DNA of 63,753 bases, the filler included. It is 19 parts of 19 records of this genome, joined end to end, with 100 filler letters (N's around TTAATTAATTAA, not from the genome) between each part and the next. Parts side by side here need not be neighbours in the genome. Positions count along the whole stretch, not along the records: positions 1 to 6,459 come from SRR11831580_6516; positions 6,560 to 10,311 come from SRR11831580_6651; positions 10,412 to 13,473 come from SRR11831580_6670; 16 more parts are not named here. One strand, 5' to 3'. Positions 1 to 11,567 of the stretch are shown piece after piece (the first letter of the stretch is position 1; every line of letters begins with the position of its first letter). A program made the translations under genes and the position numbers. The notes under the pieces are model-generated. The model ran no database searches, was not told where the DNA came from, and worked only from the letters and a program-made list of their open reading frames with translations.

Positions 1-1025
1 TGCCGCTGACGGCGATTAATCAGTTTCTCACGGTTGGCGGTGAATGGCGTCACGACAAACTTAGCGATGCGGTGAACCTGACCGGGGGAACCAGCTCCAA
101 AACGTCTGCCAGCCAGTACGCGCTGTTTGTGGAAGATGAATGGCGGATCTTCGAGCCGCTGGCGCTGACGACCGGCGTGCGTATGGACGATCACGAAACC
201 TACGGTGAACACTGGAGTCCGCGTGCCTACCTGGTTTATAACGCCACCGACACCGTAACGGTGAAAGGGGGCTGGGCGACGGCATTTAAAGCACCTTCTC
301 TGTTGCAACTTAGCCCTGACTGGACGAGCAATTCCTGCCGTGGCGCATGTAAGATTGTGGGTAGCCCGGATCTGAAACCAGAAACCAGCGAAAGTTGGGA
401 GCTGGGGCTTTACTACATGGGTGAAGAAGGCTGGCTGGAAGGGGTTGAATCCAGCGTTACCGTTTTCCGTAACGATGTGAAAGATCGTATCAGCATCAGC
501 CGTACGTCTGACGTCAACGCTGCACCGGGCTACCAAAACTTTGTTGGTTTTGAGACGGGCGCTAACGGACGGCGCATACCGGTATTTAGCTACTACAACG
601 TTAACAAAGCTCGTATTCAGGGCGTGGAAACCGAACTGAAAATTCCGTTCAACGATGAATGGAAACTGTCGATCAACTACACCTACAACGATGGTCGTGA
701 TGTCAGCAACGGCGAAAACAAACCGCTATCCGATCTGCCGTTCCATACTGCTAACGGTACGCTGGACTGGAAACCGCTGGCGCTGGAAGACTGGTCATTC
801 TATGTTTCTGGGCACTATACCGGGCAGAAACGCGCCGACAGCGCGACGGCTAAAACACCGGGCGGTTATACCATCTGGAATACCGGCGCGGCCTGGCAGG
901 TGACTAAAGACGTCAAACTGCGCGCAGGCGTGCTGAACCTTGGCGACAAGGATCTCAGTCGTGACGACTACAGCTATAACGAAGACGGACGTCGTTACTT
1001 TATGGCAGTGGATTATCGCTTCTGA
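1..1025 (+). CDS. cirA: Colicin I / catecholate siderophore TonB-dependent receptor, 5'-truncated by window edge
   Basis: Frame open from window start; beta-barrel receptor C-terminus ending [10 protein letters not shown]. coli order cirA-yeiG-folE. Confidence 0.95.
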
Positions 1026-1056
1026 TGAGAAGATGCCCGGCGAACCGGGCGGACTT

Positions 1057-1926
<870 letters not shown>

Positions 1927-2150
1927 TCATCATACCGTTTATTCAATGTGCTGTGAGTAACTTTCACTTCCGTATTTGCATAACGATGTTTTAACATCTG
2001 CTGATGAAAGGCAGCGGCAATTACAATAATTATCGCTGTGAATACTGGATTATGTGCGCCGCCTCACGCACAATAATCAGGCTGTAAATCAGCTTAATAA
2101 CTTTGCCCCCACGCAGGGCGGAGGCGTCACACCTGCAGGAGAAATCATAA

Positions 2151-2819
2151 ATGCCATCACTCAGTAAAGAAGCGGCCCTGGTTCATGAAGCGTTAGTTGC
2201 GCGAGGACTGGAAACACCGCTGCGCCCGCCCGTGCATGAAATGGATAACGAAACGCGCAAAAGCCTTATTGCTGGTCATATGACCGAAATCATGCAGCTG
2301 CTGAATCTCGACCTGGCTGATGACAGTTTGATGGAAACGCCGCATCGCATCGCTAAAATGTATGTCGATGAAATTTTCTCCGGTCTGGATTACGCCAATT
2401 TCCCGAAAATCACCCTCATTGAAAACAAAATGAAGGTCGATGAAATGGTCACCGTGCGCGATATCACTCTGACCAGCACCTGTGAACACCATTTTGTTAC
2501 CATCGATGGCAAAGCGACGGTGGCCTATATCCCGAAAGATTCGGTGATCGGTCTGTCAAAAATTAACCGCATTGTGCAGTTCTTTGCCCAGCGTCCGCAG
2601 GTGCAGGAACGTCTGACGCAGCAAATTCTTATTGCGCTACAAACGCTGCTGGGCACCAATAACGTGGCTGTCTCGATCGACGCGGTGCATTACTGCGTGA
2701 AGGCGCGTGGCATCCGCGATGCAACCAGTGCCACGACAACGACCTCTCTTGGTGGATTGTTCAAATCCAGTCAGAATACGCGCCACGAGTTTCTGCGCGC
2801 TGTGCGTCATCACAACTGA
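2151..2819 (+). CDS. folE: GTP cyclohydrolase I
   Basis: 222 aa, CEHH and HYCVKARG zinc motifs. Confidence 0.98.
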
Positions 2820-2835
2820 TTAAAAGGCAGGAACC

Positions 2836-3993
2836 ATGGAGCGCAACGTCACGCTCGATTTTGTTCGCGGCGTCGCCATTCTGGGGATCCTGCTATTAAA
2901 CATCAGCGCCTTTGGGCTACCAAAGGCGGCTTATCTCAATCCCGCCTGGTACGGTGCTATTACGCCGCGGGATGCATGGACTTGGGCATTTCTTGATCTC
3001 ATCGGCCAGGTGAAATTCCTCACGCTTTTTGCGCTACTGTTTGGTGCGGGCCTGCAAATGTTGCTGCCCCGTGGCAGACGCTGGATCCAGTCGCGGTTAA
3101 CGCTGTTAGTCTTGTTGGGCTTTATTCACGGTTTATTGTTCTGGGACGGCGATATTTTGCTGGCTTACGGGCTGGTGGGCTTAATCTGCTGGCGGCTGGT
3201 GCGCGATGCGCCATCGGTAAAAAGCCTGTTTAATACAGGCGTCATGCTTTATCTGGTGGGGCTTGGCGTTTTGCTGTTATTGGGGCTGATTTCCGACAGC
3301 CAGACCAGCCGCGCCTGGACGCCGGATGCATCGGCTATTTTGTATGAAAAATACTGGAAGCTTCACGGCGGCGTTGAAGCGATCAGTAATCGTGCCGATG
3401 GTGTTGGCAACAGTTTACTGGCACTGGGCGCACAGTATGGCTGGCAACTGGCAGGGATGATGCTCATTGGTGCGGCGCTGATGCGCAGCGGCTGGCTGAA
3501 AGGGCAGTTCAGCTTACGTCACTATCGTCGTACTGGTTTTGTGCTGGTGGCGATTGGGGTGACCATTAACCTTCCTGCCATCGCCCTGCAATGGCAGCTG
3601 GACTGGGCGTATCGCTGGTGTGCCTTCTTACTTCAAATGCCGCGGGAACTGAGTGCGCCGTTTCAGGCGATTGGCTATGCGTCGCTGTTTTATGGCTTCT
3701 GGCCGCAATTGAGCCGCTTTAAGCTGGTGCTTGCGATCGCCTGCGTCGGACGGATGGCGCTGACCAACTATCTATTGCAAACGCTGATTTGTACCACGCT
3801 TTTTTACCACCTCGGTTTGTTTATGCATTTTGACCGCCTGGAGCTGCTGGCGTTTGTTATTCCGGTATGGCTGGCGAATATCCTCTTCTCTGTTATCTGG
3901 CTGCGTTACTTCCGCCAGGGGCCGGTGGAATGGCTCTGGCGTCAGTTAACTTTGCGTGCTGCCGGACCGGCAATATCTAAAACATCAAGATAA
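2836..3993 (+). CDS. yeiB: DUF418 inner-membrane protein
   Basis: 385 aa hydrophobic protein, LDFVRGVAILGI and GPVEWLWR; follows folE. Confidence 0.93.
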   Translation: MERNVTLDFVRGVAILGILLLNISAFGLPKAAYLNPAWYGAITPRDAWTWAFLDLIGQVKFLTLFALLFGAGLQMLLPRGRRWIQSRLTLLVLLGFIHGLLFWDGDILLAYGLVGLICWRLVRDAPSVKSLFNTGVMLYLVGLGVLLLLGLISDSQTSRAWTPDASAILYEKYWKLHGGVEAISNRADGVGNSLLALGAQYGWQLAGMMLIGAALMRSGWLKGQFSLRHYRRTGFVLVAIGVTINLPAIALQWQLDWAYRWCAFLLQMPRELSAPFQAIGYASLFYGFWPQLSRFKLVLAIACVGRMALTNYLLQTLICTTLFYHLGLFMHFDRLELLAFVIPVWLANILFSVIWLRYFRQGPVEWLWRQLTLRAAGPAISKTSR

Positions 3994-4023
3994 CGATCTG
4001 GATCACATTCGTTAACAAAACGG

Positions 4024-4058
4024 CTGTAACCGTTTCCATTGCTGTGACTCGATTCACG
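4024..4058. promoter_or_regulatory. gal-operator-like site plus CRP site upstream of galS
   Basis: CTGTAACCGTTTCCAT (4024-4039) followed by TGTGA-N6-TCACG (4043-4058). Confidence 0.65.
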
Positions 4059-4134
4059 AAGTCCTGTATTCAGTGCTGACAAAATAGCCGCCAGCAAGCA
4101 GTCATTTACTGCAATCTCATAACAGGTAGTGAAT

Positions 4135-5175
4135 ATGATCACCATTCGTGATGTAGCGCGTCAGGCTGGCGTCTCTGTGGCAACGGTTTCCCGGGTGCTC
4201 AATAACAGCACGCTGGTCAGTGCCGACACGCGTGAAGCAGTAATGAAAGCCGTGAGTGAGCTGGATTATCGGCCAAACGCCAATGCCCAGGCGCTGGCAA
4301 CTCAGGTTAGCGACACCATTGGCGTGGTGGTGATGGACGTTTCTGATGCGTTTTTCGGCGCGCTGGTAAAAGCGGTGGATCTGGTCGCTCAGCAGCATCA
4401 GAAATACGTGCTAATCGGCAATAGCTATCATGAAGCGGAAAAAGAGCGTCACGCCATTGAGGTGTTAATTCGCCAGCGTTGTAATGCGTTGATTGTTCAC
4501 TCAAAAGCATTGAGTGACGATGAACTGGCGCAATTTATGGATAACATTCCCGGTATGGTGTTAATCAACCGCGTTGTGCCGGGGTACGCCCATCGTTGCG
4601 TTTGCCTGGATAATCTCAGCGGTGCCCGAATGGCGACGCGCATGTTGCTGAATAACGGTCATCAACGTATTGGTTATCTTTCTTCCAGCCACGGCATTGA
4701 AGATGACGCCATGCGTAAAGCAGGCTGGATGAGTGCGTTGAAAGAGCAGGATATTATTCCGCCGGAAAGCTGGATTGGCGCTGGTACGCCGGACATGCCG
4801 GGCGGTGAGGCGGCGATGGTTGAACTGCTGGGGCGCAATCTACAACTTACCGCTGTATTTGCTTATAACGACAATATGGCCGCTGGCGCACTGACAGCAT
4901 TAAAAGATAATGGCATTGCGATTCCGTTACATCTCTCAATCATCGGTTTCGATGATATTCCCATCGCCCGTTACACCGACCCGCAATTAACGACCGTGCG
5001 TTATCCCATTGCTTCAATGGCGAAATTAGCCACCGAACTGGCCTTGCAGGGGGCAGCAGGCAATATTGATCCTCGTGCCAGCCACTGTTTTATGCCGACG
5101 TTAGTGCGTCGCCATTCTGTCGCAACACGCCAGAATGCGGCGGCGATCACTAACTCAACAAATCAGGCGATGTAA
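4135..5175 (+). CDS. galS: LacI-family galactose isorepressor
   Basis: [24 protein letters not shown]; 346 aa from ATG 4135. Confidence 0.96.
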
Positions 5176-5203
5176 CCGCTTTCAATCTGTGAGTGATTTC
5201 ACA
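5170..5203. promoter_or_regulatory. gal-operator-like site plus CRP site of the mgl promoter
   Basis: ATGTAACCGCTTTCAA followed by TGTGA-GTGATT-TCACA (5188-5203). Confidence 0.7.
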
Positions 5204-5454
5204 GTATCTTAACAATGTGATAGCTATGATTGCACCGTTTTAACGTTGTAACCCGTATGTAACAGTGAATAATCACTTTTGCCGAGGTAACAGCGTCATA
5301 ACAACAATTAAAGCCGTTTTCTGGAGCGTTACCGGGCATGGAAGAACGAATTTTAAAAAGTGAGCTTCGGCGTTCAGTAACACTTCATTAACTCTACTGC
5401 CCCGCCGAGCATTTATCTCAAGCACTACCCTGCATAAGAAAAACCGGAGATACC

Positions 5455-6435
5455 ATGAATAAGAAGGTGTTAACCCTGTCTGCTGTGATGGCCAGCATGT
5501 TATTCGGTGCCGCTGCACACGCTGCTGATACTCGCATTGGTGTAACAATCTATAAGTACGACGATAACTTTATGTCTGTAGTGCGCAAGGCTATTGAGCA
5601 AGATGCGAAAGCCGCGCCAGATGTTCAGCTGCTGATGAATGATTCTCAGAATGACCAGTCCAAGCAGAACGATCAGATCGACGTATTGCTGGCGAAAGGG
5701 GTGAAGGCACTGGCAATCAACCTGGTTGACCCGGCAGCTGCGGGTACGGTGATTGAGAAAGCGCGTGGGCAAAACGTGCCGGTGGTTTTCTTCAACAAAG
5801 AACCGTCTCGTAAGGCGCTGGATAGCTACGACAAAGCCTACTACGTTGGCACTGACTCCAAAGAGTCCGGCATTATTCAAGGCGATTTGATTGCTAAACA
5901 CTGGGCGGCGAATCAGGGTTGGGATCTGAACAAAGACGGTCAGATTCAGTTCGTACTGCTGAAAGGTGAACCGGGCCATCCGGATGCAGAAGCACGTACC
6001 ACTTACGTGATTAAAGAATTGAACGATAAAGGCATCAAAACTGAACAGTTACAGTTAGATACCGCAATGTGGGACACCGCTCAGGCGAAAGATAAGATGG
6101 ACGCCTGGCTGTCTGGCCCGAACGCCAACAAAATCGAAGTGGTTATCGCCAACAACGATGCGATGGCAATGGGCGCGGTTGAAGCGCTGAAAGCACACAA
6201 CAAGTCCAGCATTCCGGTGTTTGGCGTCGATGCGCTGCCAGAAGCGCTGGCGCTGGTGAAATCCGGTGCACTGGCGGGCACCGTACTGAACGATGCTAAC
6301 AACCAGGCGAAAGCGACCTTTGATCTGGCGAAAAACCTGGCCGATGGTAAAGGTGCGGCTGATGGCACCAACTGGAAAATCGACAACAAAGTGGTCCGCG
6401 TACCTTATGTTGGCGTAGATAAAGACAACCTGGCT
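5455..6435 (+). CDS. mglB: Galactose/glucose-binding periplasmic protein, last codons replaced by linker
   Basis: [18 protein letters not shown] signal peptide; native sequence stops at DKDNLA where linker begins. Confidence 0.96.
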
Positions 6436-6459
6436 CGTAATAACTTCGTATAGCATACA
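6436..6459 (-). other. 454 Titanium paired-end (loxP-containing) linker remnant
   Basis: CGTAATAACTTCGTATAGCATACA matches the reverse complement of the linker TCGTATAACTTCGTATAATGTATGCTATACGAAGTTATTACG; sits at contig end. Confidence 0.9.
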
Positions 6460-6559
6460 NNNNNNNNNNNNNNNNNNNNNNNNNNNNNNNNNNNNNNNNN
6501 NNNTTAATTAATTAANNNNNNNNNNNNNNNNNNNNNNNNNNNNNNNNNNNNNNNNNNNN
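6460..6559. other. Artificial contig spacer (first of 18). Others: 10312-10411, 13474-13573, 16565-16664, 18708-18807, 21958-22057, 26647-26746, 30745-30844, 33018-33117, 36157-36256, 39902-40001, 42273-42372, 45771-45870, 48005-48104, 52093-52192, 54466-54565, 59301-59400, 61614-61713
   Basis: 44 N + TTAATTAATTAA (stops in all six frames) + 44 N, identical each time. Confidence 0.99.
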
Positions 6560-6665
6560 AAGATCATGGAATTGGTAGGTTGTCCTGTCTGCATGCACGC
6601 GAACAGGTATCGAGGAGTGGATAGCGGCTGTGAATAGGCAGAGAGAGTGCACGGCGAAATTTTGT

Positions 6666-7140
6666 CCGGGATTATCCGTCGCATTCTGATATAATCCGAC
6701 CATAGAAAATATAATCTGAATCAAATCTACCAAATGTCCCCTCGCAAACCTGTATTCTGAGATAGTTCGAGATAATCCGAGAATTTCGCAATCTGTATCG
6801 GAAGTAGTGAGAGCGGCCAATTTCGCCAATATCGTGCTGATATTCTTTAATACCGGGAGTAACACGTATGTGAATGCCAGCAGAGATAGTTTCCATGTTT
6901 TCGAGTGCGTTATATTGTCGATTTAGGATAAACTAATAGCGAGCTGCGCAATCCCGGACTATGATTTCTCGGACTATGTCAAATGTCGGACTATGAGATA
7001 TAGTCGTAAATAGGTCTGGTGTGACTATTTCGGAATATCTCAGACTATTTTGCAATCAAGTGCCGTGGTACGTTTGTACTTCGGATTATATCGAACTGTA
7101 CCGCATTCACTTCCAGCGAACAGGGTACTCAGCTCGGATT
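6666..7140. repeat. Subterminal 9-10 bp repeats TCGGA(C/T)TAT in both orientations
   Basis: ATAATCCGA at 6691 and 6772; (T/C)CGGACTATG at 6954, 6969, 6986; TCGGATTAT at 7081; variants at 6711, 6762, 7030, 7040. Confidence 0.8.
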
Positions 7141-7626
7141 GTGCCGTCGTATAGCTTATGCTTGATTAGTTATAGTGCACGGTGTACGTGCATCCTTCGG
7201 TGTATATGTATAGGTCTGCGTCTGCTTGTTTGTGAACGTTCTGCATGTGTTTGTAAGTATTGTGTGTGTTCAATGCTGTGCATGAGTGCTGTATGTATGC
7301 GTGTATATGAGCGCGTGTGTATGCATCCTGTATATTTATGTGCATGATTGTGTGTGTCCGCGTGCCATGTACGGCCCATATATACATGTATATGATACAT
7401 CTATGTGGTGTATCCGTGCATATCTAGCTATGCATGTCTGCAATGAGTCAACAAGTTTGTATATACATATATACTGCATGCCCGGAGTGCGTCTAATGTC
7501 TATGTATGTATGCATGTTTACGCGTGCACTGTTGAATAGCATGAATAAAGTAACATTGTACAGATTTTGCATACAGACATCAATATATTCATACGTATAT
7601 AAACCTAATAGACGCATGCTTCGATT

Positions 7627-10311
7627 CTACTCCTGAACCACACATACATAGGGAGGTAAATGAACGACGACAATGGGTAACATGCAATCACGCACCGACT
7701 GCGTTACCGGTATCACCCGCGGCTCTCCCTCCACAACGAGCTTGACTGGATAAGCGGGGAAGTCGTCGAGATCCACGTTGGTTGAAACAAGACGCAGGCA
7801 TTCGATCAGTTCAATCCTGTCCGACACATCTACTACACACATTTACACATATACATGCATTAGATATGACTGTTTGTAGCTGCATGCATCGTAGACATTG
7901 TGTGTTATAGGATCATCACCGCACTATGGAGCACTATATATGGACATGTAATTCAGTAACTTGTTGCATAGATGCACATGTATATATACATATACATCCG
8001 CGTACCCAGCGACAGGCGCACAAGCTTTTTGCAGTGGAAGTATTGCCCATCGTACGCGAAACAGCATTTCGAGCCGAGGCTGCCCTTCGCAACAGGCAAT
8101 AGGCTGAACTTTGCAATCCTGGCACACTCTGGAAAGTGTTCCGTCACAAATTGATGTAGTTGTGGTGATGTTGACAGTAAACAGGTATCGGAGGGCGGTT
8201 GTAGCTGGGGCGTGATTGCGGCAAACGCATCTCTCTCCACCATGAGCTCCATCGCCCTATTCATACACATGCATACAAAATGAGAATAAATTGGGTATGC
8301 GCGTGAGTAGTTCGGACATACCGGTGATGAACGCTGCGGTTGTTACGGACCAGGCGCGACAGAGTCTTCACTTCTCGATTGATACTCTCGAACCTCATGC
8401 ACCACTGCAATCTGACTGGACCAAACCTGCAATAAGGTATCCAGAATTCGATCAGATACAATTCGCAATCCTTGAAAACTTACCAGAACATACTTAACAT
8501 ACTTGAAAACTCACCTCTCAATCATTAGTGGTACATGTGTGAAATAATGCATCTTCGGAGTGTACACGTCCGGGCGCTCCTCCTTCCAGCAGCGGAGGAA
8601 GTCGATCGTGATCTGCTTCATCAATGAAATGTCAGTAGGGCGAAGTGTGGTCTTGAGACTGAGCACCGTGTGCGCCACCAGAAGTGACACTGCACGCGTG
8701 ATAGTAACGTTCGGACGACGAAACTCGGTTGCAAAAATTGAAGGAAGACTCACAAGCAGCTGCAGATGCTCATAGGCTGCACACAATCACAGCGCAGCAA
8801 CGTATTAGACAAGCGCGCATAGTCAACCCATTCACAGAAAGCTCAACACAATGCATGCAGAGCTAGAGACGGCGCGCGTACCTGAACCCGTCAGAGTCCA
8901 CCCTCCGTCCCCTTTGACAATTAAAGGGAACTCCACGCGCCTGTTTTTCTTCCATATTGCATCATACATGCAACAGCGGTTCACTATGTCCCGATCGGAG
9001 AGACGGGATTCCATAAAACGAAAAGTGCGTCCAATACCTGAATGAATACCCTCATGCAAACATTCATGAGCATACCTACACGTATATAGAGAGACATGCA
9101 ATATACATACATAAATGCATGTAAATACCTCATGATTCCATATATACATACGGAGAGACATCCATCCATCTGTCCATATACATACATTTACATACATACA
9201 TATAGAAGAAAACATATGCATGCACGTTCACATACCAACGGTATAACCCCTTCCAACACGTCGTGCATAAAGTCTTGCGGGAGGCACTGCGCCATGTTGA
9301 AAAACGGAACGTCCCGGAGAGGGGATATGCCCTTGATACCAGTATCCTCCTGTACTTTCGCCCTGCCCACACTCATTGTTTCACACAGCACAAGTCGGTC
9401 CCACGCCTGCTCAAACTCGCGGTGCGTTCGCAATGCAGATGGCTGCTCAGAGCGGATGTTCGAGCGGTGTACCACACATTGTCTGCAAAAGCCGACGCTG
9501 GCGGAAGAGGTAGTCAGCTGTCCCACAAACTGTTGAGCCTCGTTGTCGGCAAGATGAGCCAACAACGCAGCACGAACGCAAACTTCACCAATCTGCACCC
9601 CGACTGCAAGTGACTTGAGCTCATCAACATATGCACGGATGATATTCCCGTAACCCACCGCTGTAATGATTGACTTGGGTACAATAGCTAGGACAGTCGT
9701 TGCTTCCCTCTGATACAGGAGCGAGGGCACGTTGCAAATGGTGGCCATAACGATACCATAGTTGCGGTTGCTCTTCGCTGATTTGCCTAGTGCGTTCATG
9801 GTTGTTACGGCAAAGTCAAAGTAAAGACACAAAGCAATATGCGACCCACGCGATAGGAGCGGATGTGCCCGATAGATACCGCCGGATGCCATCGATGTCA
9901 TATCGGGGGAAGCGGAACATGTCACCGTGTGCGATGCAATCTCCGCCATAAGTGCTGGATATCGTGTTAACATCTGCACCAGCCAATCTTGTAAGCGAAT
10001 ATACGAATACCCGCCACATTCCGAGCGGGACACCGGCTATACAGGGCACAAACAAATGTTAGAACTCGATTGGCACGGGTCAGACACGCCTGCATCCATG
10101 CAGACAGAGCAAGTATAAATATGTAAGGCGCAGTGCATGAGTGCGCAGGGCGACACCAGCCTTTGCATTCATGCACATATATGCCCAGCAGTGTTCCCTA
10201 CAAATTAAGACAATAAGAACCCCGAAATCAAACAAAGACAGGACCATACAGAAACACAAACAAACACAATTAACGGAACACAGGCGTACCATAACAACAA
10301 TCGTCCATGGG
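7627..10311 (-). CDS. Intron-containing CACTA/En-Spm-like transposase, 5'-partial. Exons 10311-10290, 10036-9236, 9037-8882, 8776-8515, 8426-8322, 8256-8006, ~7829-7627
   Basis: Spliced motifs LYFD, NVP, LADN, FCRQC, PQDFMHDVLEG, LTGSAYE..LP, TPKMHYFTH..IERFGP..WCMRFE; GT-AG junctions keep phase except for one 1-nt shift at ~9015-9024. Confidence 0.85.
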
Positions 10312-10411
10312 NNNNNNNNNNNNNNNNNNNNNNNNNNNNNNNNNNNNNNNNNNNNTTAATTAATTAANNNNNNNNNNNNNNNNNNNNNNNNNNNNNNNNN
10401 NNNNNNNNNNN

Positions 10412-10489
10412 GCTACTGAAGAAGTTGCTACTAAAAAAGTACTGCTGAACAAATTACTGACAACGCAATTATTGAATGAGCCAGAATAA
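10412..10489 (+). pseudogene. yabQ: 3' end of the yabP/yabQ locus
   Basis: ATEEVATKKVLLNKLLTTQLLNEPE*; expected neighbour of rluA. Confidence 0.6.
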
Positions 10490-10490
10490 G

Positions 10491-10528
10491 CTAAGGTTGA
10501 AGGGGCTGGAACGCCCCTTCAACCTTAG
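10491..10528. terminator. Long hairpin after yabQ
   Basis: CTAAGGTTGAAGGGGC...GCCCCTTCAACCTTAG perfect inverted repeat. Confidence 0.55.
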
Positions 10529-10896
10529 CAGTAGCGTGGGATGATTTCACAATTAGAAAGACCTGCATGATGAGCTAGAGAAGAGGCTAGTGACGCAAGG
10601 CGTCGTGCAGGACACGGATCACCGAGATGGGCATCGCCAACCAGACTGCTAATTAGCCCATGAATAACAATCAGAAAGGACCATAACAGACCCGTTAAAA
10701 TGAAATATAAGAGACGGTCAACGGGTGAAGAAAAAGTTCAAAAATTCGCTGTGGAGCAGGAAGGGAATTACCGAATGGAAAGCGTAGCCACACGCAACAA
10801 CTGAAAGCAGTTTGGCAGAAACAAAAAATCCCCGGACTCGGGGATTTATGTACAAGAGGCAGCCCTTAGGATGAGGGTATAAACGTACAGGAAAGG

Positions 10897-11556
10897 TTAA
10901 AAATCCGCTGGCGCTTTAAACGTCATACTATTGCCATACGCCGGATGGGTAATCGTCAACATCTCTGCATGTAGCAACAAACGTGGTGCCATCGCTCTCG
11001 CTTCTGGTGATGCATAAAAACGATCGCCGAGAATCGGATGACCCAGCGCCAGCATATGCACACGCAATTGATGCGAACGCCCGGTAATCGGTTTTAACAC
11101 CACTCTTGCCGTGTTATCCGCCGCATACTCCACCACTTCATATTCCGTCTGCGCAGGTTTACCCGTTTCGTAACAGATTTTCTGTTTCGGGCGGTTTGGC
11201 CAGTCGCAAATCAGCGGCAGATCCACCAGACCTTCTGCGGGGGATGGATGCCCCCAGACGCGGGCCACATACTGCTTTTTCGGCTCGCGCTCGCGGAACT
11301 GGCGTTTTAACTCCCGCTCCGCGGCTTTGGTCAGCGCCACTACAATCACGCCGCTGGTAGCCATATCCAGACGATGCACCGATTCTGCCTGCGGATAATC
11401 ACGCTGAATGCGCGTCATCACGCTGTCTTTGTGCTCTTCCAGACGACCCGGCACTGACAACAAACCGCTCGGCTTGTTGACCACCATAATATGGTCATCC
11501 TGATACAGGATAACCAACCAGGGTTCCTGCGGTGGATTGTAGTTTTCCATCCCCAT
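10897..11556 (-). CDS. rluA: 23S rRNA/tRNA pseudouridine synthase
   Basis: HRLD catalytic motif, GRSHQLRVH; start MGMENY. Confidence 0.96.
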   Translation of the reverse strand: MGMENYNPPQEPWLVILYQDDHIMVVNKPSGLLSVPGRLEEHKDSVMTRIQRDYPQAESVHRLDMATSGVIVVALTKAAERELKRQFREREPKKQYVARVWGHPSPAEGLVDLPLICDWPNRPKQKICYETGKPAQTEYEVVEYAADNTARVVLKPITGRSHQLRVHMLALGHPILGDRFYASPEARAMAPRLLLHAEMLTITHPAYGNSMTFKAPADF

Positions 11557-11567
11557 TTTCGGCTCCG

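Larger units (their letters stand above)
6650..10311 (-). mobile_element. Eukaryotic CACTA/En-Spm (CMC superfamily) DNA transposon, one end plus most of the transposase
   Basis: Candidate terminus CACGGCGAAA at 6650, subterminal repeats, spliced transposase on minus strand. Confidence 0.72.

Noticed and set aside
6436-6459. Cre/loxP engineering or a P1 prophage site
   Set aside because: Only partial sites at contig ends, with linker-specific flanks.
6504-6515. TTAATTAATTAA as a biological repeat or CRISPR-like unit
   Set aside because: Always centred in 44+44 Ns; it is a six-frame stop spacer.
6666-7140. Short repeat array as a CRISPR array or iterons
   Set aside because: Repeats are 9-10 bp, irregularly spaced and in both orientations, with no cas or rep gene; a transposon subterminal array fits better.
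7021-7636. Cys/Val/Met- or His/Thr-rich ORFs here and in the other eukaryotic contigs
   Set aside because: Translations of TG/CA low-complexity noncoding DNA.
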